NCBI GenBank assembly: GCA_965222905.1
Contig: OZ244976.1
Location: forward strand, 2,570,012-2,634,011
Source of the DNA: Vicinamibacterales bacterium
Lineage (GTDB): Bacteria > Acidobacteriota > Vicinamibacteria > Vicinamibacterales > UBA8438
Direction of reading: 5' to 3'
Length of the DNA stretch: 64,000 bases
The position numbers were made by a program, and so were the translations under genes. The notes under the pieces were generated by a model that had not been told where the DNA came from, ran no database searches, and saw nothing but the letters and a program-made list of their open reading frames with translations. Of the stretch, positions 15,757 to 24,826 are shown one piece after another (positions within the stretch are counted from its first letter, which is position 1; every line of letters starts with the position of its first letter).

Positions 15757-17681
15757 TCAAGCCAGGCGTCGAGACGCCGAGTCTGCGCGGCCGACGGCGA
15801 CTCCACCGGCTGCAGCCGCCAGCCCTCCGACGGGGTTTCGCCGAAGCGGGCGTCGAGCCGCATGAGACGTTCCCGCCGGGCGACGAGGATCTCGACCGCG
15901 TCTCCCGCCCGATAGAGGCCGAGGCGTTGTCTCCACGCCTCCGGTCCGACCCGGTAGTCGCCGATCGCGAGGATCTCGTCCCCTACGTTGAACCCCGCCT
16001 CGTAGCCCGGCGTCCCGCGCTGCACGCCGGCGACGAGCAACCGCCCACGGTCGACGCGCGTGCCGAGGCCGAGCCAGGCCGGCGCCGGCGCGTCCTCGTC
16101 GCCCCGCGCGTCGGGGGCGAACTCGAGGCCGTACCAGGCGAGAGCCGGCCCGTAGTCGAGCTCGTCCGTGGAGCGGACCGCCCCGTCGAACCAGCCGCCG
16201 AGATCGACGCCGGCGACCGCGGACGCCACCGCCTCGAACTCGCCGGGCCGGAAACCGCGCTCCCCGGAGTAGCGGGCGTAGGCGGCCTTCAGCACGTCGT
16301 CCAGGCTCCGCTGCCCACCGGTCGCCTCGCGCACGCGGGCGTCGAGCAGGAAGCCGATGACGGCTCCCTTCGTGTAGTAGCTGACCGTCGTGTTCGGACT
16401 GTTCTCATTGCGGCGGTAGTACTTTATCCAGGCGTCGTACGACGCATCGGCCACCGGCTGCACGAGCCGGCCGGGCGTCGTCTGCAGCGCTTCGATCGGA
16501 CCGGACAGGGCCTCGAGGAACTCCTCGCGCGTGGAGATCCCCGCCCGGTGGACGGCGAGCGGGCCGTAGTAGGAGGTCAGTCCTTCCACCATCCAGAGGC
16601 TGGGGGTGAACGCCTCGCGCTCGTAGTCGAAGGGGCCGAGGGCGGCCGGCCGCAACTGCTTGACGCTCCAGGCGTGGAACAGCTCGTGGCTGACCGTCCC
16701 CAGCCAGCGCAGGTACCGGCGGCGGTCGCGGGTGGTCCAGCGGCTCGTCATCAGCAGGGTCGAGTCCCTGTGCTCGAGCCCGCCGCCCGCCTCGACCAGC
16801 ATGTTCAGGAAGAGGTACCGCTCGTAGGGGAAGAAGCCCCAGGTCCGGTGCTGCTCGCGCACGATGCGCTCGACGTCGGCGGCCGACGTGGGACCGTCCC
16901 AGACCCCGCCTTCGCCGACGTTGACGAGAGCATGGGGAGTGCCCTCCACCGTGAACGCGTACGTCGCCGGGTTGCCGGCGAGGATCGGCGAATCGACCAG
17001 CGTGTCGAAGTCCGCCGCGCGATAGCCGTGCGGCCGGCCGTCCGGTGCCGGGGGGAGGGCGGTCACGCTCTCGCTCCAGCCCGGCGCCAGCTCGATGCGG
17101 ACGTCGTGGGGGCGCGGCGCGGCGTCGGCCGGGGTCAGGAACGTCGAAGCGCCGTTGAGCATCGCGAAGTCCGCCTCGACCCAGTTCGTGCGGACGCTCA
17201 TCTCCCGGCAGTAGACCCGGTAGGTCACCGTGACCCGGTCGGCGCCGCCGGTCTCGATGCGCCAGCGGTTCTTGCTCGACTTGGCGACTGCGAGGGGCTC
17301 TCCCGCCGGCGTGGCGGCGCGCACCGCCTCGACGTGCCGGGCATACTCGCGGATCAGATAGGAGCCGGGTGTCCACGTCGCCATCATCAACTCGATATCC
17401 GTCCGTCCGTCCGCCGGCACCGACGCTTCCACCTCGGCGTAGTGGGTGGCCGGTGCGGGGAAGCGGATTGTGTACGAGACGGGATCGAGCGCCTGAGCGG
17501 ACAGGATGCCCGGGTCGGCCGAGAGCATTGCGGCGGTCAGGATCACGCACTGGATGGCGTGCCGGTGGGAGCGTGTCAACCCATTCTCCTTTCGACCGAA
17601 CCACTGTACCACCGAAGAACGGGCTGCCCGTCGTTTCCGCTGCAGGGGCGAACGTGGACGTGGCGGAAGGCGACGGCGCAT
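15753..17681 (-). CDS. M61 glycyl-aminopeptidase-like metallopeptidase with C-terminal PDZ domain
   Basis: 'SHELFHAW' (HExxH) and a PDZ-like 'GFNVGDEILAIGDYRV'. The ATG overlaps the glk stop by 1 nt (TGATG). An alternative downstream TTG start before the signal-like segment is possible. Confidence 0.8.
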   Translation of the reverse strand: MRRRLPPRPRSPLQRKRRAARSSVVQWFGRKENGLTRSHRHAIQCVILTAAMLSADPGILSAQALDPVSYTIRFPAPATHYAEVEASVPADGRTDIELMMATWTPGSYLIREYARHVEAVRAATPAGEPLAVAKSSKNRWRIETGGADRVTVTYRVYCREMSVRTNWVEADFAMLNGASTFLTPADAAPRPHDVRIELAPGWSESVTALPPAPDGRPHGYRAADFDTLVDSPILAGNPATYAFTVEGTPHALVNVGEGGVWDGPTSAADVERIVREQHRTWGFFPYERYLFLNMLVEAGGGLEHRDSTLLMTSRWTTRDRRRYLRWLGTVSHELFHAWSVKQLRPAALGPFDYEREAFTPSLWMVEGLTSYYGPLAVHRAGISTREEFLEALSGPIEALQTTPGRLVQPVADASYDAWIKYYRRNENSPNTTVSYYTKGAVIGFLLDARVREATGGQRSLDDVLKAAYARYSGERGFRPGEFEAVASAVAGVDLGGWFDGAVRSTDELDYGPALAWYGLEFAPDARGDEDAPAPAWLGLGTRVDRGRLLVAGVQRGTPGYEAGFNVGDEILAIGDYRVGPEAWRQRLGLYRAGDAVEILVARRERLMRLDARFGETPSEGWRLQPVESPSAAQTRRLDAWLD

Positions 17682-18676
17682 CAATGGATTGGCGCCGACA
17701 CGAGATCGCGCGCCGCTACGGCGGCGCCGAGCAGGGCCGGGTTCGCGGCTCGAATGACGCGTACGGGCATGGACTTCATGAGTCCCTCCATGGGCCCCTT
17801 GGCCCGGAACGCGTCCAGAAACACCGGAGATGCAAGAGCCGGCAGGATGCGGGGGGCGATGCCGCCGCCGACGTAGACGCCGGCCGTGGCCAGCGCGCGC
17901 AGGCCGAGGTTGCCGGCCTCGGCGCCGAGCGCAGCGGTGAACAGGTCGAGGGTATCCACGCAGCGCGGGCAGCGGCGTTCGAGGGCGGCCGCGGTAATCC
18001 GCCGCGGAAGGTCCCCGCCAGCCGTATCGTCGCCGGCGGCCGCGCAGGGCTCGGTGCGGTGCAGCCAGGAATGGATATGGGTGAGGCCCGGACCGGATAG
18101 CACGTGCTCCCAGGAAACCCTGCCGAAGCGCCCGGTCAACGCGCGCAGCAGCTCGATCTCGGCGGGCGTACGGGCGGCGAAGTCCGTGTGGCCCGGCTCG
18201 GCCGCCACCGGCACGAGGCGTCCGTCCACGCGGTGCAACAGCGTCTCACCTAGACCCGTGCCGGGCGCGATGAGGGCCGCGTTGCCGTCCGCCGCCGGCT
18301 GTCCCGGCTGCAGCGTCGTCACCTCGTCGTCCGCCAGCACGGAAACGACGTGGCCCATCGCTTCGAGGTCGTTCAGGAGGCGCACCGCGGGGATCGCGAA
18401 GCGTTCGACGATGGCCGCGGCTTCGACGCGCCACGGCACGTTGGTGAGATCCGACACGCCGTCGCGCACCGGACCGGCTACGCCGAGCACCGCAGCGTCG
18501 ACGGTCGCACCCGGGGCCCGGCGCTCGAGAAACGCGGCCAGGAGGGCCTCCAGACTGTCGTAGTCGAGCGTCCCGAAGCGCTCGACCGCGAGCGGGTCCG
18601 GCCGGCGGTCTCCCGTGCCGTACAGGCCGCACACCGTCTTCGTTCCGCCGACGTCGGCCGCGAGCAGCGTTCCCAT
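17681..18676 (-). CDS. glk: glucokinase
   Basis: 'LLAADVGGTKT' is the N-terminal phosphate-1 motif. Size (331 aa) and overall pattern match Glk-type, non-ROK glucokinase. Confidence 0.8.
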   Translation of the reverse strand: MGTLLAADVGGTKTVCGLYGTGDRRPDPLAVERFGTLDYDSLEALLAAFLERRAPGATVDAAVLGVAGPVRDGVSDLTNVPWRVEAAAIVERFAIPAVRLLNDLEAMGHVVSVLADDEVTTLQPGQPAADGNAALIAPGTGLGETLLHRVDGRLVPVAAEPGHTDFAARTPAEIELLRALTGRFGRVSWEHVLSGPGLTHIHSWLHRTEPCAAAGDDTAGGDLPRRITAAALERRCPRCVDTLDLFTAALGAEAGNLGLRALATAGVYVGGGIAPRILPALASPVFLDAFRAKGPMEGLMKSMPVRVIRAANPALLGAAVAARDLVSAPIH

Positions 18677-18711
18677 GCGTTCCCCGCGCAGGCGCGGTAC
18701 CGCTTGACATT

Positions 18712-19860
18712 ATGATGGACCGCTCGACCGCCATGACTCACCCGCCTCCGGATGTCCGGTCCCCGGCCGGTCCGCCCTTCGCCGGCCACGTCGTCGTGTT
18801 CAGCGTGCGGCTCGCCTCCGTGGGCCGGCGCGAAGCGATTCGCCTGGTCGAGGAGCTCGGCGGCCGGATCGCGCAGGAGGTCACGGCGCGTACCACGATG
18901 CTCGTCGTCGGCGCGGAGGCGACGGCAGGCAAGAGCGGCAAGCTGCGCAAGGCAGAGGAAATCAACGTCCGGACACCCGGTCAGGTGAACATCGTCGGCG
19001 AGCAGGAGTTCTGCCGTCTCGCCGGCCTGCTGTCGGATGACGAGCTGCGGCAGCTCTATCACGGGCTGCGCCAGATGCGCGAGCGCTATCCGGACGTCCG
19101 CGAGGTTCGCCTGCGCCATCTGGAAAAGTGGGGGCTCGTCCGGCCGGTGGTGAGCACCAATTCCGATACCTACTACGGCTTCCACGACGTGGGGGTCGTC
19201 AAGCGGATCCAGGAGGAGATCGCCCGCGGCGGGTCGTTTCGCGGCGCGGTCCGGCTGCTCCTGGCGGAACGCGAGGGGCAGTTGGCGCTCGACTTCCGCG
19301 AGGTGCATGGCGAGGCGCAGCCGGCCAAGGTCGTGGCGCTGCGGCGGCCGGTCCGCGGCGCGGGCAGCCCCGCGGACCTGTCGCCGGACGGTGCGAAGCG
19401 GGCGGCGCTCGCCGTGCAGTTCTTCCGCGAGGGCTCGGAGCTCGACGAGCAGCCGGGCGACGGACAGGAGCGGGCGCGAGTGGCGTACCGGAAGGCGCTG
19501 CTGCTCGATCCCACGCTCGTGCCGGCGCTCGTCAACCTCGCCAACATCCACTACGCGCGAGACAACCTGGTCGAGGCGCAGGCGCTGTACGAACGCGCCC
19601 TCGCCCTCGACGGCGACTGCTTCGAAGCGGCGTTCAACCTCGGGAACATCCACCACGACCTCGGGCGGTACGACGACGCGGTAGCCTGCTACCACGACGC
19701 CCTGCGCGTGCACGGCGGCTATGCCGACGCGCACTTCTATCTGGCCGTCACGCTGGAGAAGATGGGCCGCTCGGCGGCAGCCAAGCCCCACTGGCGCACC
19801 TACCGTGCGCTGGCCCCCGACGGCGAATGGAGCGAGCTGGCGCGGGAGTTCAGCGAGTAG
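18712..19860 (+). CDS. BRCT domain / MerR-like HTH / TPR-repeat protein
   Basis: BRCT-like 'FAGHVVVFSV..REAIRLVEELGGRIAQEVTARTTMLVVG', MerR-like 'LRHLEKWGLVRP...YYGFHDVGVVKRI', and at least three C-terminal TPRs ('ALVNLANIHYARDNLVEAQALYERALALD'). Confidence 0.65.
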   Translation: MMDRSTAMTHPPPDVRSPAGPPFAGHVVVFSVRLASVGRREAIRLVEELGGRIAQEVTARTTMLVVGAEATAGKSGKLRKAEEINVRTPGQVNIVGEQEFCRLAGLLSDDELRQLYHGLRQMRERYPDVREVRLRHLEKWGLVRPVVSTNSDTYYGFHDVGVVKRIQEEIARGGSFRGAVRLLLAEREGQLALDFREVHGEAQPAKVVALRRPVRGAGSPADLSPDGAKRAALAVQFFREGSELDEQPGDGQERARVAYRKALLLDPTLVPALVNLANIHYARDNLVEAQALYERALALDGDCFEAAFNLGNIHHDLGRYDDAVACYHDALRVHGGYADAHFYLAVTLEKMGRSAAAKPHWRTYRALAPDGEWSELAREFSE

Positions 19861-19895
19861 AACCGGAGCGCGTCGGGGCCCGCGGTCCGTGGCGG

Positions 19896-20159
19896 TCAGA
19901 AATCGAAGTCGTCCAGATCCGCTTCGTCGCGCTTCCGGGTCTTGCGCCGCGCCTTGTAGAACGTGCAGTCCAGGCACCACGAGAGCGCCTTGAAGCCGTT
20001 CCGGCCGGCGTACGGCAGGACCTCCCCGTGCTTGCAGAACTCCGCTCCACCGTCCACCTCGTCGTGCCAGCGGCACGCGCGGAACCGCGCGACCGCGGGG
20101 TCTTCCGCTGCGGCCGGCGTCTCGGGCGCGGACTCGCCCGCCCCTGAATCGTCGAACAT
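19896..20159 (-). CDS. small Cys-containing hypothetical protein with acidic/basic tail
   Basis: 87 aa from MFDDSG, with 'CRWH...CKHG...WCLDC'. The longer 245-aa ORF upstream overlaps infA in another frame and is rejected. Confidence 0.4.
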   Translation of the reverse strand: MFDDSGAGESAPETPAAAEDPAVARFRACRWHDEVDGGAEFCKHGEVLPYAGRNGFKALSWCLDCTFYKARRKTRKRDEADLDDFDF

Positions 20160-20203
20160 CGCCTGGTCAGTCCATCGGTGCAGCGGTCGGCGAAACGCTC
20201 GGA

Positions 20204-20422
20204 TCAGCGAGCGCGGAACGTGATGATCCCGCGGGACGGGTCGTACGGGGAGACACCGACGGTGACCCGGTCCCCGGGGACTACCTTGATGCGGAACCGG
20301 CGCATCCGACCGCTCAACTGGGCCAGCACCTCGTGTCCGGAATCGCACTGTACCCGGTAGAGACCGCCGCTGTGGACCGCGACGATCGTGCCCTGTACGT
20401 CGATGAGGTCGTCTTTCGCCAA
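20204..20422 (-). CDS. infA: translation initiation factor IF-1
   Basis: 72 aa, 'MAKDDLIDVQGTIV...YRV....GHEVLAQLSGRMRRFRIKVVPGDRVTVGVSPYDPSRGIITFR'. This is the canonical IF-1 S1-fold sequence. Confidence 0.95.
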   Translation of the reverse strand: MAKDDLIDVQGTIVAVHSGGLYRVQCDSGHEVLAQLSGRMRRFRIKVVPGDRVTVGVSPYDPSRGIITFRAR

Positions 20423-20487
20423 ATTCGGTTCCTGAAGCGGGGAAGATTATATAGGAGCGAGCGGTCCCCGACCCGCCGGCAACTGCG

Positions 20488-23076
20488 CTACAGCGCCCTG
20501 ACGGCGTCCTCGATCCGCTGCGCGATGGCCGCGAAATCGTCACCCTCCGCGCGAATCGGATCGCCGAACGCGACCCGCACCCGGCCCGGTCTCGCCCAGC
20601 GTGCGCCCACCGGCAGAACCCGGTCGACGCCATCGATGCGCACGGGCACCACGGGTGCCCGCATCCGCGAAGCCAGCATGCCTATGCCCGGCTGGAACGT
20701 ATCGATCCGTCCCGTTTCCCGGCGCCGCCCTTCGGGGAAAATCAACACCGACGAGCCCTGTCCGAGCAGGTTGCCGAGATGTCGCATCGCGTCGCGTGCC
20801 CCCGCCTCGCGCTGCGGGAGTGGAGCCACGTTGAAGCAGAGCACGCCCAGATAGTACGCCAGACTGGTGGCGATTCGCTGCGGTCGCGTGTGGCGCTCCG
20901 GGTGAAAGTGCGGGGAGAACCACTCGCGGGCCGCAACGGTCGCGACCCGGTGGCGGCGTTCCGGCGGCAGCGCGGCCAGGATGACGGGGCCGTCCATCAC
21001 GCTCTGGTGGTTGGCGGCGTACAGCACCGGGTCGTGCGCGCGGGCGAGCCGGTCCAGGCCCTCGACCCGGATCCAGGCGAAGACACGGGTAAGTGGAAGC
21101 AGGAACGCAGTCTGGGCGAGTCCGCGGATGCCGCGCGCCGCTGCATGCTGGCTCCACGTAGGGAACGCGGTGGCCGTCTCGCCGCCGGCATCCGGTGGCC
21201 ATTCCCGCGCTGCGACCGTTGCCGCCGGTTCTCGCGTCTCGCCGGCCAGCAGCGCGCGAAGGTCGTCCACGGTAGCAAGCCGCGCCAGGGCCGTCTCGTC
21301 GATCGTGCAGTCGAATGCCCGTTCGAGGGCCAGAGTCAGCTCGATGCGATCGAGCGAGCCGAGCCCGAGCTCCTCGAAGGTGGTGGCGCCGGTGACAGTC
21401 CGACCGTGGGCCAAGCGGGCCACCACCTCCTCGACGGTCTCGCCGCCACCGAGCGTTCGACCGCCGGCCGCCGGCGGCGCGTCGCCGTCCACCCAGCGCT
21501 GCAGTTCGCGGCGCTTCAGCTTCTGCGTGCCGTCGGTCCGGGGCAGCGACGGGCCGGGCCAGACCGAGAACGCCCGGATCCGCTGGTGATCCTCCAGCCG
21601 CGCGTTGGCGTCCCGCACGACGGAGTCCGCGTCGGCGTCCCGATGGAGCAGCAGCACCGCGTGCACGTGCTCGCGGCCGGACGAACCGCCCGCGACCACC
21701 GCGGCGTCCCGCACGCCGGCGCACTCGAGCACCGCCCGCTCCACGTCGTCCGGGAAGACGTTCAGGCCGTCGGGCGTGACGATCATCTCCTTCTTGCGCC
21801 CGTGAACCGTCAGCCGGCCGTCCGCATCGAGGGCGCCGACGTCGCCGGTCTGGAACCAGCCGTCCCGGAACGCGGCGGCGGTGGCCTCGGGCGCGTTGTA
21901 GTACCCGCCGGTGACGTTGTCGCCGCGTACGAGGATCTCGCCGTCTGCGGCAATCTGCACTTCGATTCCGCCGATCGGCCTGCCCACCGATCCGCGCCGG
22001 GTCCGGAACGGGTGGTTGAGGGTGACGATGGGCGCCGTCTCGGTCAGGCCGTAGCCCTGGATGACCAGAAACCCGAGCCGCGACCAGAACGCCTCCACCT
22101 CCGGATCGAGGGGCGCCGCACCGACGATGAACGACCAGAACTTGTAGCCGAACAGACGGTGCACCTCGCGGTAGCGCCACCAGCGCCGCGCGACGTGCTC
22201 GGGCCGTTCGAGCGGGGCGGCGACCTCTGGCGCCAGATGCACGACGTAGTCGCGCAGCACCTCGAGGATCTTCGGGACGCAGACGAGCACCGACACGCGG
22301 CGGGTCCGGATCTGGCGCACGATGTCGGCCGGGTTGTACCCGCGCATGAAGACCGTGACCCCCTCCAGCATGGGCGGAATGAAGGTCGCCATGGCCTGGC
22401 CGAACATGTGGCTCAGCGGGAGCAGATTCAGGAAGCGGATCGGAAAGAAGGGGCGCCCGTACCGGGCGTACCTGCGGACCTCGCGCTCGACCGGCACGAT
22501 GTTCGCCAGCACGTTCGCGTGCGTGATCCGGACTCCCTTGGGGTCGGCCGTAGCCCCCGACGTGAAGATGATCTCGACAAGGTCGTCACGGCTCGGGCCT
22601 TCCGCGGCGTCCGGATCCGGGACGTCGTCGAGCATGTCGGGTATGGGCGCCTCGGGCACCGGCGGGTCGAGCGCCGCGGTGTCCGCGAGCAGATCGTCGA
22701 GCGGCCAGGTGTCGACGCCGGGGAGCAGCGGGGGGCGGAGACCGTCGCCCGCCACGACGAGCCGGGCCGAGACGATCCGCACGACGCGCCCGACGAGATC
22801 GGGCGACGCACGCAGGTCGATCGGGACGGCGACCGCGCGGGCGACCAGGCAGCCCCAGAAGGCGACGATCCACTCGGCGCGGTTCTCGCCCCACAGCACC
22901 ACCCGGTCGCCCGGCGCCAGACCGTGCTGGTGGAGCAGCTCCGAGAACCGCCGCGCGGCGCGGCGGATCTCGGCATAGGACCAGGTGTAGGTGCGATAGC
23001 CCCCGTCGTAGACGAGGAACGGCCGGTCCGACCGGATGCGGTCGTCGAAGAAATCGAGTAACGTTTCCCGGTGCAT
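20488..23076 (-). CDS. tri-domain acyl-AMP ligase / carrier protein / lysophospholipid acyltransferase (PlsC-type)
   Basis: Adenylation motifs 'FTSGATADPKG', 'GYGLTETA' and 'TGDVGALDADGRLTVHGRKKEMIV'. Carrier motif 'LGLGSLDRIEL'. LPLAT motifs 'ANHQSVMDG' (HX4D) and 'IFPEGRR'. Confidence 0.85.
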   Translation of the reverse strand: MHRETLLDFFDDRIRSDRPFLVYDGGYRTYTWSYAEIRRAARRFSELLHQHGLAPGDRVVLWGENRAEWIVAFWGCLVARAVAVPIDLRASPDLVGRVVRIVSARLVVAGDGLRPPLLPGVDTWPLDDLLADTAALDPPVPEAPIPDMLDDVPDPDAAEGPSRDDLVEIIFTSGATADPKGVRITHANVLANIVPVEREVRRYARYGRPFFPIRFLNLLPLSHMFGQAMATFIPPMLEGVTVFMRGYNPADIVRQIRTRRVSVLVCVPKILEVLRDYVVHLAPEVAAPLERPEHVARRWWRYREVHRLFGYKFWSFIVGAAPLDPEVEAFWSRLGFLVIQGYGLTETAPIVTLNHPFRTRRGSVGRPIGGIEVQIAADGEILVRGDNVTGGYYNAPEATAAAFRDGWFQTGDVGALDADGRLTVHGRKKEMIVTPDGLNVFPDDVERAVLECAGVRDAAVVAGGSSGREHVHAVLLLHRDADADSVVRDANARLEDHQRIRAFSVWPGPSLPRTDGTQKLKRRELQRWVDGDAPPAAGGRTLGGGETVEEVVARLAHGRTVTGATTFEELGLGSLDRIELTLALERAFDCTIDETALARLATVDDLRALLAGETREPAATVAAREWPPDAGGETATAFPTWSQHAAARGIRGLAQTAFLLPLTRVFAWIRVEGLDRLARAHDPVLYAANHQSVMDGPVILAALPPERRHRVATVAAREWFSPHFHPERHTRPQRIATSLAYYLGVLCFNVAPLPQREAGARDAMRHLGNLLGQGSSVLIFPEGRRRETGRIDTFQPGIGMLASRMRAPVVPVRIDGVDRVLPVGARWARPGRVRVAFGDPIRAEGDDFAAIAQRIEDAVRAL

Positions 23077-23091
23077 TGAGGGATTTCCGGG

Positions 23092-23760
23092 CTATCGGAA
23101 CGAGGCGCCGGCGTTGAAGGTGATCTGCGTCATGCGGGGCGAGTCGGGCGCTCCGTCCAGCCCTGCCAGCGGACTGATGGCGTACAGGCGGACGTCCAAA
23201 GTGAACGCAAGGCGCGCGTTCAGGAACCAGCGCATGCCGCCGCCGTAGTTGAGCGTGTTCGAGGAGCGTTGCGGCGGTTCTTCGGCGTTCAGTGGATAGA
23301 GCGACAGGCGCGACGATCCGAGCCCGCCGCCCAGGTAGCTCCAGCCGTTCCGGTGACCGAAGTTGAAGGAGAGCTGGGACGAGAGCGCGGAAAAGCGCTT
23401 GCGGAGCGTCGGGCCGTCGGGATCCTCGGAGAGTTGCCCGGGTCGTTGATCGGCACTCGACGCGTGGTAGCTTCCACCCAGGCCGAACGTGATCTGCCAC
23501 AAGCGGAAGACATACACGTGTCCGCCAACGTCGTAGCCGAAGCCGCCTCCGGGGGTGTCGAGGGGGCGCAGGCCGCGATTCTCGGCCAGCTCGACGTTGC
23601 GGCTGAACGGAACGAACGTGCCGCGCACGTCGAACACGTAGCCCCCGATAGGTTCCTCCGGCGGCTGCGCCCCGGCCGGGGGGGAGGTTGCCAGTACCGA
23701 TGAGAACAGGGACAGAAGGAACAGCCAGCGGGTCGCTGCCGATGACGTCGACCGAGTCAC
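23092..23760 (-). CDS. small outer-membrane beta-barrel protein
   Basis: GTG start, signal peptide 'RWLFLLSLFSSVLATSPPAGAQ', alternating aromatic beta-strand pattern, C-terminal 'TFNAGASFR'. It lies 16 nt upstream of the tri-domain acyl gene on the same strand. Confidence 0.65.
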   Translation of the reverse strand: MTRSTSSAATRWLFLLSLFSSVLATSPPAGAQPPEEPIGGYVFDVRGTFVPFSRNVELAENRGLRPLDTPGGGFGYDVGGHVYVFRLWQITFGLGGSYHASSADQRPGQLSEDPDGPTLRKRFSALSSQLSFNFGHRNGWSYLGGGLGSSRLSLYPLNAEEPPQRSSNTLNYGGGMRWFLNARLAFTLDVRLYAISPLAGLDGAPDSPRMTQITFNAGASFR

Positions 23761-23800
23761 GCGGCTCAGTATACGGCCCGTTCGAGGGTGCGGAGGGCCG

Positions 23801-24826
23801 ATGAGCGTCCTGGTGCAGCCGGCTGCGATCGAAGCGGCTGCGGCGCGGATCCGGGGCGTCGTGCGCCGTACGCCGCTCGTCGACGTCTCGGATATCGCCG
23901 GTCGCTCCCTCCGGCTCAAGTGCGAGAACCTGCAGGTGGCGGGTGCGTTCAAGATCCGGGGCGCGTGCAACCTGGTCACCCAGATCGCGTCCCGCTCCGA
24001 TGTGCGCGGCGTCATCACCTACTCGTCGGGCAACCACGCGCAGGCGGTGGCGTGCGCGGCGCGCGCATTCGACCTGCCGGCGGTGGTCGTGATGCCGGAG
24101 ACGGCGCCGGCCGTCAAGGTCGAGGGGACGCGGTCGTACGGTGCGGAGGTCTTCTTCGAGGGCACTACTTCCGTCCAGCGCCGCCGGCGGGCAGAGGCGG
24201 TGGCGGCGGAGCGGGGCCTGACCATGGTGCCGCCGTTCGACCACCCGGAGATCATCGCCGGGCAGGGGACGGTCGGCCGCGAGATTCTCGAGGATGCGCC
24301 GTCCGCCGACTCCGTCTACGTCCCGATCGGCGGCGGCGGACTGATCGCCGGCGTGGCCGCGGCGGTCAAGCAGCGCCGGCCCGCGACGCGGGTCATCGGC
24401 GTCGAGCCGGTCGGCGCGGCGGCCATGGCGCGTTCGGTCGAGGCGGGGGCCCCGGTGACGCTCGATACCGTGGGGAGCATCGCCGACGGCCTGCTGCCGG
24501 TGCGCCCCGGCGATCTGACGTTCGCCCACGTCAAGGCGTTCGTCGACGACGTCGTGACGGTCGAGGACGAGGCGATCGCCGCCGCCGTCCGCTGGCTCGC
24601 GGTGCGGGCGAAGCTCGTCGTCGAGCCGAGCGGCGCCGCCACGGTCGCGGCGGTGCTCTTCTCCGGACGCGAGGAGGGCGTCGAAGACGGCGCCACCGTC
24701 GCGGTGCTCAGCGGCGGCAACATCGCCCCGGCGGCGCTGGCGGGCCTCCTGCGCGAGGACGGCGGCGCGTTCAGAATCGCACGCGCACGCCGGCGAAAGC
24801 GCTCCGCGGCGCGCCCGGTCCGATGA
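23801..24826 (+). CDS. PLP-dependent threonine/serine dehydratase (threonine ammonia-lyase-like, no regulatory domain)
   Basis: 'ENLQVAGAFKIRGA' (PLP-lysine signature) and 'PIGGGGLIAG' (phosphate loop). 341 aa. Confidence 0.85.
   Translation: MSVLVQPAAIEAAAARIRGVVRRTPLVDVSDIAGRSLRLKCENLQVAGAFKIRGACNLVTQIASRSDVRGVITYSSGNHAQAVACAARAFDLPAVVVMPETAPAVKVEGTRSYGAEVFFEGTTSVQRRRRAEAVAAERGLTMVPPFDHPEIIAGQGTVGREILEDAPSADSVYVPIGGGGLIAGVAAAVKQRRPATRVIGVEPVGAAAMARSVEAGAPVTLDTVGSIADGLLPVRPGDLTFAHVKAFVDDVVTVEDEAIAAAVRWLAVRAKLVVEPSGAATVAAVLFSGREEGVEDGATVAVLSGGNIAPAALAGLLREDGGAFRIARARRRKRSAARPVR

Noticed and set aside
19896-20633. 245-aa minus-strand ORF covering infA
   Set aside because: It overlaps infA out of frame. 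Only its C-terminal 87 codons (19896-20159), downstream of infA, look protein-like.
20779-23061. 760-aa ORF on the + strand
   Set aside because: It is antisense to the adenylase-carrier-acyltransferase gene, whose motifs are unambiguous. This is a shadow ORF.
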